From assembly GCA_016205145.1 (NCBI GenBank), contig JACQJH010000002.1:570001-602000 (forward strand): a DNA stretch of 32,000 nucleotides. Direction: 5' to 3'. The notes under the pieces are model-generated. The model made no database searches and was not told the origin of the DNA. It saw nothing but the letters and a program-made list of their open reading frames with translations. The position numbers and the translations under genes were made by a program. Positions 1 through 8,875 of this stretch are shown piece after piece. This stretch comes from Candidatus Iainarchaeum sp. (GTDB taxonomy: Archaea > Iainarchaeota > Iainarchaeia > Iainarchaeales > JACQJH01). Numbering within the stretch: position 1 is the stretch's first letter; each line of letters begins with the position of its first letter.

Positions 1-2
1 CC

Positions 3-1058
3 TCGTCGTATCTTGACATCCGCGAAAGGCTGAAGGTCGCGGAGTTCATTTCGGAAATCGCTGAAAGCGGAAAGTCTGTCATGGTTGTCGAGCACGATCT
101 TATCATCATGGATTTCCTGACGGATTTCGTGCATTTGATGTACGGCGCGCCGGGCGTTTACGGAATGCTGTCGCAGATCAAGAATTCGCGCGAGGGCATA
201 AACGATTACCTTGAAGGTTACAGCCGCGAGGAAAACTACAGGTTTCGCGACAAGCCCATAAAGTTTGACGTGAAGGGCGCCAAGGAAATGAAAAGGCTTG
301 AACTGCTCGCCGAATGGCCGGAGCTGGAAAAAAGGCTTGACGGGTTTGAATTGAAGGTCGAGGCGAACCGCATCAACAAAAACGAAGTTGTTGGAGTGTT
401 GGGGCCGAACGGCATCGGAAAAAGCACTTTTGCGAAAATGCTTGTCTCGGAAATAAGGCCGGACAACACCGGGCTTGATGTGAAGCGGACCATTTCGTAC
501 AAGCCGCAGTACATTGCGATGGAATCGGATAAGACCGTGCTGGAGCTCTTCAAGGAAAACGGCGCCGAAATATCTGATCCGGACATAAAGAGCACCATCA
601 CCTCCCCTTTGGGCGTCGACGAACTCCTGGAAAAAAGCGTTTCAACGCTTTCAGGCGGGGAAATGCAGCGCGTTGCCATTGCATTGTGCCTTGCAAGAAA
701 ATCCGATTTGATTCTGATGGACGAGCCTTCCGCGCACCTGGACATCGAGCAGAGGCTGAACGTTGCAAAGGTAATAAGGAACATTGTCGAGGGAAAAGGC
801 GTTGCCGCGCTCATCATAGACCACGATCTTCTGTTCCTGGACTACATTTCCGACAGGCTCATGGTTTTTTCCGGCGAACCATCGAAGAAGGGCCTTTGCC
901 AGGGGCCGTTTCCGATGGAGAAGGGCATGAATCTTTTGCTCAAGGAGCTTGACATTACTCTCAGAAGGGATGAAAGGACGAAAAGGCCGCGCATCAACAA
1001 GCGCGATTCGGTCAAGGACAGGGAGCAGAAGAAAAGCGGAAAATACTATTATGAGTGA
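3..1058 (+). CDS. abce1: ABCE1/RLI-type ribosome-recycling ABC ATPase, C-terminal part (5' end outside window)
   Basis: Frame 3 is open from nt 3; SSYLDIRERLKVAEF precedes the listed ORF 81..1058. Second ABC cassette has Walker A GPNGIGKS, signature LSGGEMQR and Walker B LILMDEPSAHLD, followed by a basic C-terminal tail. Confidence 0.9.
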   Translation, partial: SSYLDIRERLKVAEFISEIAESGKSVMVVEHDLIIMDFLTDFVHLMYGAPGVYGMLSQIKNSREGINDYLEGYSREENYRFRDKPIKFDVKGAKEMKRLELLAEWPELEKRLDGFELKVEANRINKNEVVGVLGPNGIGKSTFAKMLVSEIRPDNTGLDVKRTISYKPQYIAMESDKTVLELFKENGAEISDPDIKSTITSPLGVDELLEKSVSTLSGGEMQRVAIALCLARKSDLILMDEPSAHLDIEQRLNVAKVIRNIVEGKGVAALIIDHDLLFLDYISDRLMVFSGEPSKKGLCQGPFPMEKGMNLLLKELDITLRRDERTKRPRINKRDSVKDREQKKSGKYYYE

Positions 1059-1087
1059 AATGGTTCGGCGACGGAAAGTGAATTTGA

Positions 1088-2128
1088 ATGAAAGTCCTGA
1101 AAGCAGACCAGAAGCTCGGATTGCTTGAAATCGTGCCGGAAGTGCCTGACGATTTGTGGCATCTTGAACGGATAATCGAGAAAGGCGACGTTGTTTCCGG
1201 CGAAACCGACCGCAAGATAAAGGGAAACGAGGGCGAGCAGGCAAAGCGCGTAAAGCTTTTTGTTGAACTGGAAGTCGAAGGCGCCGAATTCCACAAATTT
1301 TCCGGCCTGCTGAGGGTCAACGGCACAATTGTTGCCGGAAAGCCCGAGGAATTCATAGAACAGAAAGCGCACCAGAGCCTGGACCTTGAGCTTGGAAAAA
1401 AAATTTCCGTGAAAAAGAAGAGCCTCAAGGCATATCAGCTTGAACGCCTCAAAAAGGCGCAGAAGGCCACGCGCGGAAGCGTCCTGCTGGTTGTATTGGA
1501 CGATGAAAGCGCAAGCTTTGCCGTGCTCAAGGAATTTTCACTTGAGGAGAAAGCTTCCATACGCGGAAGCAGGAAAGGCAAACAGCTTGAAGGCGAGGAA
1601 GGCGAAGAAGCCTTTTTCTCGGAGATACTTGAAAAGGCAAAGCAGTCCGGCCTTGAAAAAATCGTGTTCGCCGGCCCGGGCTTCACAAAGGACAAGCTGA
1701 AGGCGTTTCTTGCAGGAAAAGGCGAACTGAAGCCGACGCATTTTTTTGAGCCCTCCAACAGCGTTGGAAGGACCGGCCTCAACGAGCTTCTGAAAAGCGA
1801 CGCATTGCAGAAAATCGTGCAGGAAATGCAGGTTTTGAAGGACGCAAGGCTGCTGGAAAAGATTCTCGCGGAACTCGGAAAGAACAGCGGCATGGCCTGC
1901 TACGGCCTGAAGGAAATAAGCGGGGCGGTTGATGCCGGAGCGGTTGAAATTCTTCTCGTCTCCGACAAAATGCTTCTTTCAAACAGGGAGAAGGCAGAAG
2001 CGCTCATGGACAAGGCGGAAAAAAGCAGGTCCGAAGCGCACATTGTGAGTTCGGAAACCGAAGCCGGGAAAAAGCTGGACTCTTTCGGCGGAAGCCTGGC
2101 ATTGCTGCGCTACAGGCTGAACTATTGA
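1088..2128 (+). CDS. pelA: Pelota (aPelota/Dom34) ribosome-rescue factor
   Basis: 346 aa. N-terminus MKVLKADQKLGLLEIVPEVPDDLWHLERII is typical of archaeal Pelota, with an eRF1-like C-terminal domain. Starts 30 nt after the ABCE1 stop. Confidence 0.9.
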   Translation: MKVLKADQKLGLLEIVPEVPDDLWHLERIIEKGDVVSGETDRKIKGNEGEQAKRVKLFVELEVEGAEFHKFSGLLRVNGTIVAGKPEEFIEQKAHQSLDLELGKKISVKKKSLKAYQLERLKKAQKATRGSVLLVVLDDESASFAVLKEFSLEEKASIRGSRKGKQLEGEEGEEAFFSEILEKAKQSGLEKIVFAGPGFTKDKLKAFLAGKGELKPTHFFEPSNSVGRTGLNELLKSDALQKIVQEMQVLKDARLLEKILAELGKNSGMACYGLKEISGAVDAGAVEILLVSDKMLLSNREKAEALMDKAEKSRSEAHIVSSETEAGKKLDSFGGSLALLRYRLNY

Positions 2129-2166
2129 ATATTGAAGGCAGATCGGAAAAAACCAGGCGAAAAAAG

Positions 2167-2526
2167 TCAGTCCGCCCTGAACTCAAGCCATTCAACGTTT
2201 CCCGATTCGACGAGGTCTTTGATGCGCTTTTGCTCCAGGCTCAGCTGCGAGGAAGCCGCCTTGAATTCCACAAAAACAATCCTGTCGTCAAGGAATGCTA
2301 TGCCGTCAACCGGCTGGCCGAGAAACCTGAATTTCGAAGCGTCGTATGGAAATTTTTCCGACAATGGAATCCACTGCTCGGACAGCATTCCGTAGCGCAC
2401 GGATTGCGAGCCCTTCTCGAAGGCAAGCCTTGAAACCCGCTGTTCAAGTTCCTGCGAGCGCCTGAAAAAAAGGAACGTGGCAACCGCAAGCACGATGGCC
2501 AGGACTGCAAGGAAAACTTCAAGCAT
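2167..2526 (-). CDS. Membrane-anchored endonuclease related to archaeal Holliday junction resolvase (COG4741-like)
   Basis: 119 aa with an N-terminal TM helix and a short coiled coil. The core FLGQPVDGIAFLDDRIVFVEFKAASSQLSLEQKRIKDLVESGNVEW matches the D..(E/V)EFK PD-(D/E)xK pattern of this family. Confidence 0.7.
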   Translation of the reverse strand: MLEVFLAVLAIVLAVATFLFFRRSQELEQRVSRLAFEKGSQSVRYGMLSEQWIPLSEKFPYDASKFRFLGQPVDGIAFLDDRIVFVEFKAASSQLSLEQKRIKDLVESGNVEWLEFRAD

Positions 2527-2593
2527 GCAGAAAATTAGGGCGGCGCGGTTAATAATTTTTTAGTAGGCAGATGCCGGCCCAACCCGAAAACAT

Positions 2594-2902
2594 TCATGTC
2601 AGGCGCATGCCCTGCTTTGCCTTCGAATACTTTGCAAGCAAATCCGAGCCAAGCACGGAGCAGACAAAAAAGACCTTGTTTGAGAGGGCGAGCCTTTCCG
2701 CAAGGCCTGCGCTGGCAAGCGAGCCGATAATCTGTTCCAGGTCATCAGGGTCGATTTCCGGAAAGCTTGACTGGAGATCAAAAATGGTTTTGGCGTTGCC
2801 TTCAATGAGTTTCAGGATGCGCAGGTGCAGCACGGATTTCGAGAAGACCGCCACCTCCGGGTGTTCCTCCAAAAAAAGGATGAACTCCTTTTCCGCGTCC
2901 AT
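2594..2902 (-). CDS. Small winged-helix (ArsR/MarR-like) DNA-binding protein, hypothetical
   Basis: Only the C-terminal part of listed ORF 2594..3223 looks protein-like (ILKLIEGNAKTIFDLQSSFPEIDPDDLEQIIGSLASAGLAERL). Start is ATG 2902 (MDAEKEF) or ATG 2956 (MKQFAP); the remaining upstream part of the ORF is antisense to elp3. Confidence 0.5.
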   Translation of the reverse strand: MDAEKEFILFLEEHPEVAVFSKSVLHLRILKLIEGNAKTIFDLQSSFPEIDPDDLEQIIGSLASAGLAERLALSNKVFFVCSVLGSDLLAKYSKAKQGMRLT

Positions 2903-2954
2903 GCAAAAGATAGGTGCGGCAAATATTTTAAGGTTTGCCGGGGCAAATTGTTTC

Positions 2955-4673
2955 ATGGACAGGAAACGGCTCGCCGCGCTTGTGGCCGAGAGCATAGACT
3001 CCGGCTCAGTCTCCACCAGGGACGGAATCAACCGCCTGAAAGCCAGGCTGGGCAAAAAAAGCCTCAAAGAACTGCCAAGCAACCCGGACCTCCTGGCTTT
3101 GGTTGAAAAGCCCAGCGTTAAGGCAAGGCAACTTCTCGGCGCAAAGCCGACCAGGACCATTTCAGGGGTTGCGGCTGTCGCAATAATGACAAGGCCGAAG
3201 GACTGCGCGCATGGCACGTGCATTTTCTGCCCAGGCGGGGAGAACAGCTTTTTCGGAAACGTGCCAAAAAGCTACACCGGAAACGAACCCGCGACAATGA
3301 GGGCAATTGCAAACAGCTTCGACCCATACCTGCAGGTGAAAAGCAGGCTGATGCAATACGTTTTGACCGGCCACAGCCCGCAGAAAATCGAACTCATCGT
3401 CATGGGCGGAACATTCCCAAGCTTTGATTGGAATTACCAGAAAGGCTTTGTTGCAGGCGCGTTCAGGGCAATGAACGATTTTTCCAGGGAATTTTTTTCG
3501 CATGGAAAGCTGGAATTTGAAAAAGCCGTGCAGGCGCAGGGCAAAAAAATTGCTGCGCCCGAAAATACCGGCACCGGCCTTGAAGCAGAAAAAGAGGACA
3601 ACGAGCATGCGAATGTGAAATGCGTTGCGCTCTGCATTGAAACAAAGCCGGACTGGTGCATGGAACCGCACATAGACCGGATGCTTGAACTTGGCACTAC
3701 GCGGGTCGAACTCGGCGTACAGAGCCTTGACGACAAGGTTTTGAAATTTGCGAACCGCGGCCACACTGCCAGGGAAAGCGTGGAAGCCACGCGGCTGTTG
3801 AAGGATTCCGGCCTCAAGGTTACGTATCACATGATGCCGGGCCTGCCCCTGTCAAGCCGCGAAAATGACCTCGCCGATTTCCGCGAACTGTTCGAAAACC
3901 CGGATTTCCGGCCGGATGCGCTGAAAATTTATCCGTGCATGGTCATGCCTGGAACTCCGCTTGAAAGGCTGTGGAAGGAAGGAAAATTCACGCCGCTTTC
4001 AAATGAGGATGCCGCGGAAATAATCGCGGAGGGAAAGCGCTTTGTTCCGAAATGGTGCCGCATCCAGCGGATTCAGCGTGACATTCCAAGCAAGCTTGCG
4101 GTTGCCGGAAAATTCGACAACAACCTGAGGCAGGTCGTCGAAAAGAAAACGCGCGAAAAGGCAATTGAATGCCAGTGCATTCGTTGCAGGGAAATCGGCT
4201 TGAAGGCGAGGGACGGGAAAATCGACGAAGAAAAACTCAAACCGGAAATCGTTATTGAAGAATACGAGGCAAGCAACGGAAAAGAATTCTTCATTTCATT
4301 CGAGGACGAAAAGCAGAGCGCATTGCTCGGCTTTTGCAGGCTCAGGCTTCCGTCCAGGCCGTTCAGGAAGGAACTTCAGGGCGAAACCGCGGTTGTAAGG
4401 GAACTGCACGTTTTCGGAAAAGCCGCGGCATTGGGGGAAACCAACGAAGGCGGGGTACAGCACCACGGAATAGGCAAGGCCCTGCTTGCGAAAGCGGAGG
4501 AAATCGCTTTCGATGAATCCGGCAAAAAAAGGCTGTGCGTGATTTCAGGGATTGGAGCGCGCGAATACTATTACCGGCTCGGATACGAAAAACTCGGCGC
4601 GTTTGTTGTCAAGGATTCTGCTGGCCGCACGCTAATTCAAGACAAAAGCGACAGCACTGAATTCAGCAGGTAA
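2955..4673 (+). CDS. elp3: Elp3-type radical SAM / GNAT tRNA uridine(34) modification enzyme
   Basis: KPTRTISGVAAVAIMT followed by radical-SAM cluster CAHGTCIFCPGG, then a C-terminal acetyltransferase domain (VRELHVFG...QHHGIGKALL). Start chosen at MDRKRL (ATG 2955) because the first 128 codons of listed ORF 2571..4673 are antisense to the neighbouring gene. Confidence 0.9.
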   Translation: MDRKRLAALVAESIDSGSVSTRDGINRLKARLGKKSLKELPSNPDLLALVEKPSVKARQLLGAKPTRTISGVAAVAIMTRPKDCAHGTCIFCPGGENSFFGNVPKSYTGNEPATMRAIANSFDPYLQVKSRLMQYVLTGHSPQKIELIVMGGTFPSFDWNYQKGFVAGAFRAMNDFSREFFSHGKLEFEKAVQAQGKKIAAPENTGTGLEAEKEDNEHANVKCVALCIETKPDWCMEPHIDRMLELGTTRVELGVQSLDDKVLKFANRGHTARESVEATRLLKDSGLKVTYHMMPGLPLSSRENDLADFRELFENPDFRPDALKIYPCMVMPGTPLERLWKEGKFTPLSNEDAAEIIAEGKRFVPKWCRIQRIQRDIPSKLAVAGKFDNNLRQVVEKKTREKAIECQCIRCREIGLKARDGKIDEEKLKPEIVIEEYEASNGKEFFISFEDEKQSALLGFCRLRLPSRPFRKELQGETAVVRELHVFGKAAALGETNEGGVQHHGIGKALLAKAEEIAFDESGKKRLCVISGIGAREYYYRLGYEKLGAFVVKDSAGRTLIQDKSDSTEFSR

Positions 4674-5416
4674 GGCGAAATCATTGTCGGCGAAAAGAAC
4701 GGGAACCCGAACAATGGGGCGGAAAACTTGCTCTGCAAGGTGGAAGAAACCGACAGGTTGGACTGGAATTCCTTCTGCGAGCCGTTCAGCCCGGATTTTA
4801 CCATGAACCTGAAATTCCTTTCGCCGTAAGTCCTCGGCAGAACCTCAAGCGAGAGTTCCCTTGACTGCTTCGGCCCGATTTCAAGCTTTTGCGGTTTGAG
4901 CCAATAGCTTGGAAGCGTTGAAAAAACCGAAACATTGTGCGAGGCAATCGACTCGTTGACCGCTACAAGCCGGTATGAAAGCTTTTCGCCTACGACCGCC
5001 TTGCGGTTGAGGTCCCTTATGCTTATAGTGAGCAGGCTGCGCCGGACAAAAAATTTCGCGGTGAAAGGCATTGAGTCCTGCGTGGAATGCATCTCGAAGC
5101 CTATCAGCTGGGTGCTTTCCGGCGCGTCCGCGGGCACCAGGAGCTTTGCGGAAATGGCGTCCGCATTGGAACCCGGCAAAAAACCCCAGCCGTCAGGCAG
5201 GGTTGCATCGTCAACAGCAATGCTTTCCCAGCCGAAGCCCTCGCCCGACTTCTTTTTGAAAAACAGTTCGGCTGTTTCGCCCGGCGCAATGCTGCCGATT
5301 TCGGCGATGCTGCCAGCACCAATGGTTTTCTCGGCGGGGCTCACAAGGTATGCCGCGGCGAAAACGTCAGAGCCCAGCATCAAAAGGATTCCGAGCAAAA
5401 TTAGCTTTTTTAACAT
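4637..5416 (-). CDS. Secreted/surface protein, hypothetical
   Basis: Signal-peptide-like N-terminus MLKKLILLGILLMLGSDVFAAA, a beta-rich body and a hydrophobic C-terminus. ATG at 5416; the listed start 5425 is TTG. The 3' end overlaps the elp3 3' end by 37 nt (convergent). Confidence 0.6.
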   Translation of the reverse strand: MLKKLILLGILLMLGSDVFAAAYLVSPAEKTIGAGSIAEIGSIAPGETAELFFKKKSGEGFGWESIAVDDATLPDGWGFLPGSNADAISAKLLVPADAPESTQLIGFEMHSTQDSMPFTAKFFVRRSLLTISIRDLNRKAVVGEKLSYRLVAVNESIASHNVSVFSTLPSYWLKPQKLEIGPKQSRELSLEVLPRTYGERNFRFMVKSGLNGSQKEFQSNLSVSSTLQSKFSAPLFGFPFFSPTMISPYLLNSVLSLLS

Positions 5417-5464
5417 TGCCACCAAGTATAGTTGTTTGAAAAGAAGAATTTAAAGGTTATTCGC

Positions 5465-6115
5465 ATGCGGATCCTGGCCTTGTCGGACGTGCACCAGCGC
5501 ACTCAAAACCTGAAGGCTTTGCTGGAAAAAGCCGGAAAAGGCTTTGACGCCGTGATTGTGGCGGGAGACCTGACAAACTACGGCGAAAAAAGGCACGCGG
5601 AAGAGGTTCTGGGCCTGCTTGCCGGCCATGAAAACGTTTTTGCGGTTCCCGGAAACCTTGACACCTTGCAGGTCATTGATGCCATAACAGGAAACAAAAT
5701 GCAGTTGCACGCCAAAAAGGCGAAAATTGCGGGCGTTGCGTTCGTGGGCTTCGGCGGCGGAAAGGCATTCGAAGTGGGCGAGGTTCTTTTCACTGAAGAA
5801 GAGATTTTTGGCGCGCTTGAAAAACTCTGCAAAGGCGAAAAAAATTTTGTGCTCGTGACGCACCTGCCGCCGTTGGGAACCGCCCTTGACCTGACCGCAG
5901 GCGGAAAACACATAGGCTCTTCGGCGGTAAGGAAAATAATCGAAAAATTCCAGCCTGCCCTGCAACTGTGCGGCCACTGCCACGAGGCCGGCGGAAAAAC
6001 CGAAACAATCGGGAAAACATTGTGCGTGAACGTCGCGGCTGTCAAGGAAGGCCAGGCAACCGCGATCGAATTGCCCAAGATTGGACTGCCAAAAACCGAA
6101 AGGATAACAATCTGA
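5465..6115 (+). CDS. Calcineurin-like metallophosphoesterase
   Basis: Metallophosphoesterase motifs in order: LSDVHQ, AGDLTNYG, PGNLD, THLPP, GHCHE. Start taken at MRILALSDVH. Confidence 0.8.
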   Translation: MRILALSDVHQRTQNLKALLEKAGKGFDAVIVAGDLTNYGEKRHAEEVLGLLAGHENVFAVPGNLDTLQVIDAITGNKMQLHAKKAKIAGVAFVGFGGGKAFEVGEVLFTEEEIFGALEKLCKGEKNFVLVTHLPPLGTALDLTAGGKHIGSSAVRKIIEKFQPALQLCGHCHEAGGKTETIGKTLCVNVAAVKEGQATAIELPKIGLPKTERITI

Positions 6116-6733
6116 ATGCGGGTTTGGATGGAAGTGACGGAAATGCAGGAAAACGCGCGTTTTGCAATGGTGAAAAGGCATCACGCCCAAACCTTCGCCA
6201 AGGCGCTCGGTGAAGGGAAAATGGATTTGCAGATGGTTTCTCTGTGCAGGTTTGTCGCGAAGACAAAAAACTTTTTCACTTCAAGCTGCTGTTCCGGGAG
6301 GATTGTCCTGCTCGAAATGCCCGAAAACGGGAAAAAATGCGAAACCGATTTCCACAGGAAATGGCATGGAAGGGTTTCCTTCAAGGAACTGTGGGATGGC
6401 GTCATGGAACAAACAGCGGGAGAACTGTGGTTCAAGCTTGACGGGTTCATACTGCACATCGGAACGGATTCGCTTGAAAACGCCCGCACAATCCTTTCCG
6501 TGATGAAGCTGGCCGGAGTCAAGCGCGGCGGCATAATGGTTGCAAAGCAGGGGAAATTCATTGTCGAAATGCAGGGCACTGAAAGCATGAGCTTTCCCGT
6601 CAAGTCGGAAAACGAAATAATCGTTGAAAAGGCTTTCATGAAAAGGATTCTCGCAAAAGCCAACAAAAAGCTCGCTAAAAATTATGCGAAGCTGAAAGCC
6701 TTCGAAAAAGCGTGCAGGAAAAACCTGAAATGA
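6116..6733 (+). CDS. taw3: tRNA wyosine-derivative methyltransferase Taw3/TYW3
   Basis: The diagnostic TYW3 motif FFTSSCCSGRIVLL is present. The ATG directly abuts the upstream stop (TGAATG). Confidence 0.75.
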   Translation: MRVWMEVTEMQENARFAMVKRHHAQTFAKALGEGKMDLQMVSLCRFVAKTKNFFTSSCCSGRIVLLEMPENGKKCETDFHRKWHGRVSFKELWDGVMEQTAGELWFKLDGFILHIGTDSLENARTILSVMKLAGVKRGGIMVAKQGKFIVEMQGTESMSFPVKSENEIIVEKAFMKRILAKANKKLAKNYAKLKAFEKACRKNLK

Positions 6734-6766
6734 CAGGAAACGCACCCTTTGTGCTTGTGGTTTGGC

Positions 6767-7297
6767 ATGTCTGAAACGAAACGCGTTTTTTTCGCTGTCG
6801 GCATTCCTCCGGAAATCAGGGAAAAAATCGCCCGGGATTTACTGCAGGGACTGCCGCAGGGCGTGAAGCCCGTCAAAAAGGAGAACCTGCATTTCACCCT
6901 TGTTTTCGTTGGCGGCTGGCCTTCTGAAAGGACTCCGGAACTGGTTGAAGCCGGAAAAAAGGTTTCAGGAAAGGCGTTTGGCGCGGAAATTTCAGGCATC
7001 GGGCAGTTCCATTCACGCGTCCTGTGGATCGGCATTGCGAAAGGCGCGGAAGAAATGGAGGTTATTGCCGGGCAAATCGGGAAAGCCCTCGGCCTGCCCG
7101 AACAAAAGTTCAGCGCGCACCTGACAATCGCAAGGAACAAATCCTTGGGGCAAAAGGAGTTCGCAGGCATTGCGGAAAGTCTGGGCGTGAAAAAGTTTTC
7201 CGAAAAATTCCGCGTCCAGGGCTTCGAACTCATGGAATCTGAGCTTTTGCCGGACGGCCCGGAATACAAAGCCCTGCATTCGTTCAGCTTTGCCTGA
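6767..7297 (+). CDS. thpR: RNA 2',3'-cyclic phosphodiesterase / 2'-5' RNA ligase family (ThpR/LigT)
   Basis: Two H-x-T-x motifs (HFTLVF and HLTIAR) with typical 2H-phosphoesterase spacing. Start at MSETKRVFFAV. Confidence 0.85.
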   Translation: MSETKRVFFAVGIPPEIREKIARDLLQGLPQGVKPVKKENLHFTLVFVGGWPSERTPELVEAGKKVSGKAFGAEISGIGQFHSRVLWIGIAKGAEEMEVIAGQIGKALGLPEQKFSAHLTIARNKSLGQKEFAGIAESLGVKKFSEKFRVQGFELMESELLPDGPEYKALHSFSFA

Positions 7298-8831
7298 TGT
7301 GCTCGAAAACCTTTTTGAGGATTTCTTCCGGCTCGGTGTAGTATTGCTGGATGAAGCGCTGCACCGCATAATAGTCGGCCACGCCCGTTTCAATGAGCCA
7401 CTCGATTATTTTCTGCCTGACAAGCATTTCCTGCTTGACCTCGTTTTTTGACTTGAAGGTTTTTTCCGCCAGGACTTCGACCATCCTGCTCGGCACGTCC
7501 GTCCTTTCCAGGGCATCGGATTTGCGGTCGTACTCGAAAACATTGCTCAAGAGCACCTGGTCCTGCATCCGGGATATTTCGGATATCGCCTTGACGCGCC
7601 TTATGACCCCGACTTTCGGGTTGAAGAACTTTTCAGTCACTATTGCCAAATCGAGCAGGGGCAGCATGGCCGCAGGCACGTTCATTGGCGGCGACTTGAG
7701 GCGGAGCATCATTTCCTTGGCGGAATTTGAATGCACTGTTCCAAGAATGCCCTTATGGCCTGTGTCCATTGCAACGAAAAGCGTCTGCGCCTCTTCCCCT
7801 CTCACTTCCCCAACAATGAGCCTGTCCGGGCGCATCCTGAGCGAATTCTTGAGCAGGTCATCCATTGACACTCCGGGGGTTTTTCCTATCGCGGGCCTTG
7901 CCTCCAACTGCACCCAGTTGTCCCGCTCGCCCAGGGAAATTTCAAGCGTGTCCTCGATTGAAATGATGCGGTCATTGAGCCGTATGAAGGAAGCCATGAC
8001 GTTCAAGAGCGTTGTCTTTCCGCTCGAAGCGCCGCCCGTGACAAGGATGTTCATGGGCTCGATTGAAAGGCCTTCCGCCAGCGCCCAGATGAATGCCGCT
8101 GCCTCCGCCGACACAGTATTGCTTTTGACAAGGTCGACCACGGACAAGGGAATGAACGAGAATTTTCTCACTGTCAGGGAATGGCCTGCCGGGGAGACCT
8201 GGCTGAAGGTCGCGTTCGCCCTGCTCCCGTCAGGAAGCCGTGCGTCAAGCAATGGATTCGCTTCGTCAAATTGCTTGCCCGCAGAAACGGAAATCCTGCG
8301 GATGAGCGAAAAAAGTTCGGACTGCGAAAAAGATATATCGGACGTGCACATTCCATACTGCTTGTGGAAAATGAAAACGTTTCTGGAAAAACCGTTCACC
8401 ATGATTTCCTCGATCATGGGGTCGGACATGAAAACCGAAATCTTGCCCAATCCCAGGGACAATCCGAAAACGTTGGCCGCGAAAAAATCCGGGTCCTTCA
8501 CGAACGCGAATTCGCGGAGAAAATCGGCAAGCATCTGCCTTGCTGTTGAAAGCTCCTCTTCCGGAACAAGGGATTCGACTGCGTTGGCCGCTTCCACCTG
8601 CTGGACAACGCGCTTCAGCTTTTCGGACTGCTGCTTTGACAATTGCATTCCCGCATAACCTGAAATGTCTGCGGTGCGCGAAAAGACTTTTGCGAGAAAG
8701 CCCGCGAAATCGGATTCTTTCGCCGAAAAGCCGGGGTCAAAGGAATATTTGCTGTAAGGATATCCCCGGGCAATGGAAACATTGCCTTCGGCGAAGCGCT
8801 TTGGCACCGGCACCGGAATCAGAACCACCAA
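7284..8831 (-). CDS. Type II/IV secretion-family ATPase (archaeal type IV pilus / archaellum FlaI-PilB-like)
   Basis: Walker A GGASSGKTTLLN, Asp box SIEDTLE, Walker B RPDRLIVGEVRG and His box GHKGILGTVHSN. The start codon is TTG 8831 or GTG 8828. Confidence 0.85.
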   Translation of the reverse strand: MVVLIPVPVPKRFAEGNVSIARGYPYSKYSFDPGFSAKESDFAGFLAKVFSRTADISGYAGMQLSKQQSEKLKRVVQQVEAANAVESLVPEEELSTARQMLADFLREFAFVKDPDFFAANVFGLSLGLGKISVFMSDPMIEEIMVNGFSRNVFIFHKQYGMCTSDISFSQSELFSLIRRISVSAGKQFDEANPLLDARLPDGSRANATFSQVSPAGHSLTVRKFSFIPLSVVDLVKSNTVSAEAAAFIWALAEGLSIEPMNILVTGGASSGKTTLLNVMASFIRLNDRIISIEDTLEISLGERDNWVQLEARPAIGKTPGVSMDDLLKNSLRMRPDRLIVGEVRGEEAQTLFVAMDTGHKGILGTVHSNSAKEMMLRLKSPPMNVPAAMLPLLDLAIVTEKFFNPKVGVIRRVKAISEISRMQDQVLLSNVFEYDRKSDALERTDVPSRMVEVLAEKTFKSKNEVKQEMLVRQKIIEWLIETGVADYYAVQRFIQQYYTEPEEILKKVFEHIRQS

Positions 8832-8851
8832 CTATATATTGTTGTTAACTA

Positions 8852-8864
8852 TATAAAATAGTTG
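8852..8864. promoter_or_regulatory. TATA-like elements in the divergent ATPase / cca intergenic region
   Basis: The 44-nt spacer reads actatatattgttgttaactatataaaatag. It holds two A/T boxes about 15-35 nt from the two divergent start codons. Confidence 0.35.
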
Positions 8865-8875
8865 GCGGTTTTGGA

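Noticed and set aside
2571-2954. N-terminal 128 codons of the listed 700-aa ORF containing elp3
   Set aside because: This part has no Elp3 similarity and a Ser/Arg/Cys-rich composition. It is antisense to a more plausible small gene. A good ATG (2955) precedes the conserved Elp3 N-terminus.
4637-4673. 37-nt convergent overlap of elp3 and the secreted-protein gene as a possible regulatory or antisense feature
   Set aside because: Short 3' overlaps are common in compact genomes, and the sequence shows no special structure.
7393-8658. 421-aa plus-strand ORF, plus similar long ORFs at 236-817(-), 11695-12243(-), 12343-12915(-), 14290-15012(+), 15542-16366(+), 21758-22468(-) and 26692-27618(-)
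   Set aside because: All lie antisense to genes with clear family motifs and have Ser/Arg/Pro/Cys-rich, low-complexity translations. These are shadow ORFs of the kind common in moderately GC-rich DNA.
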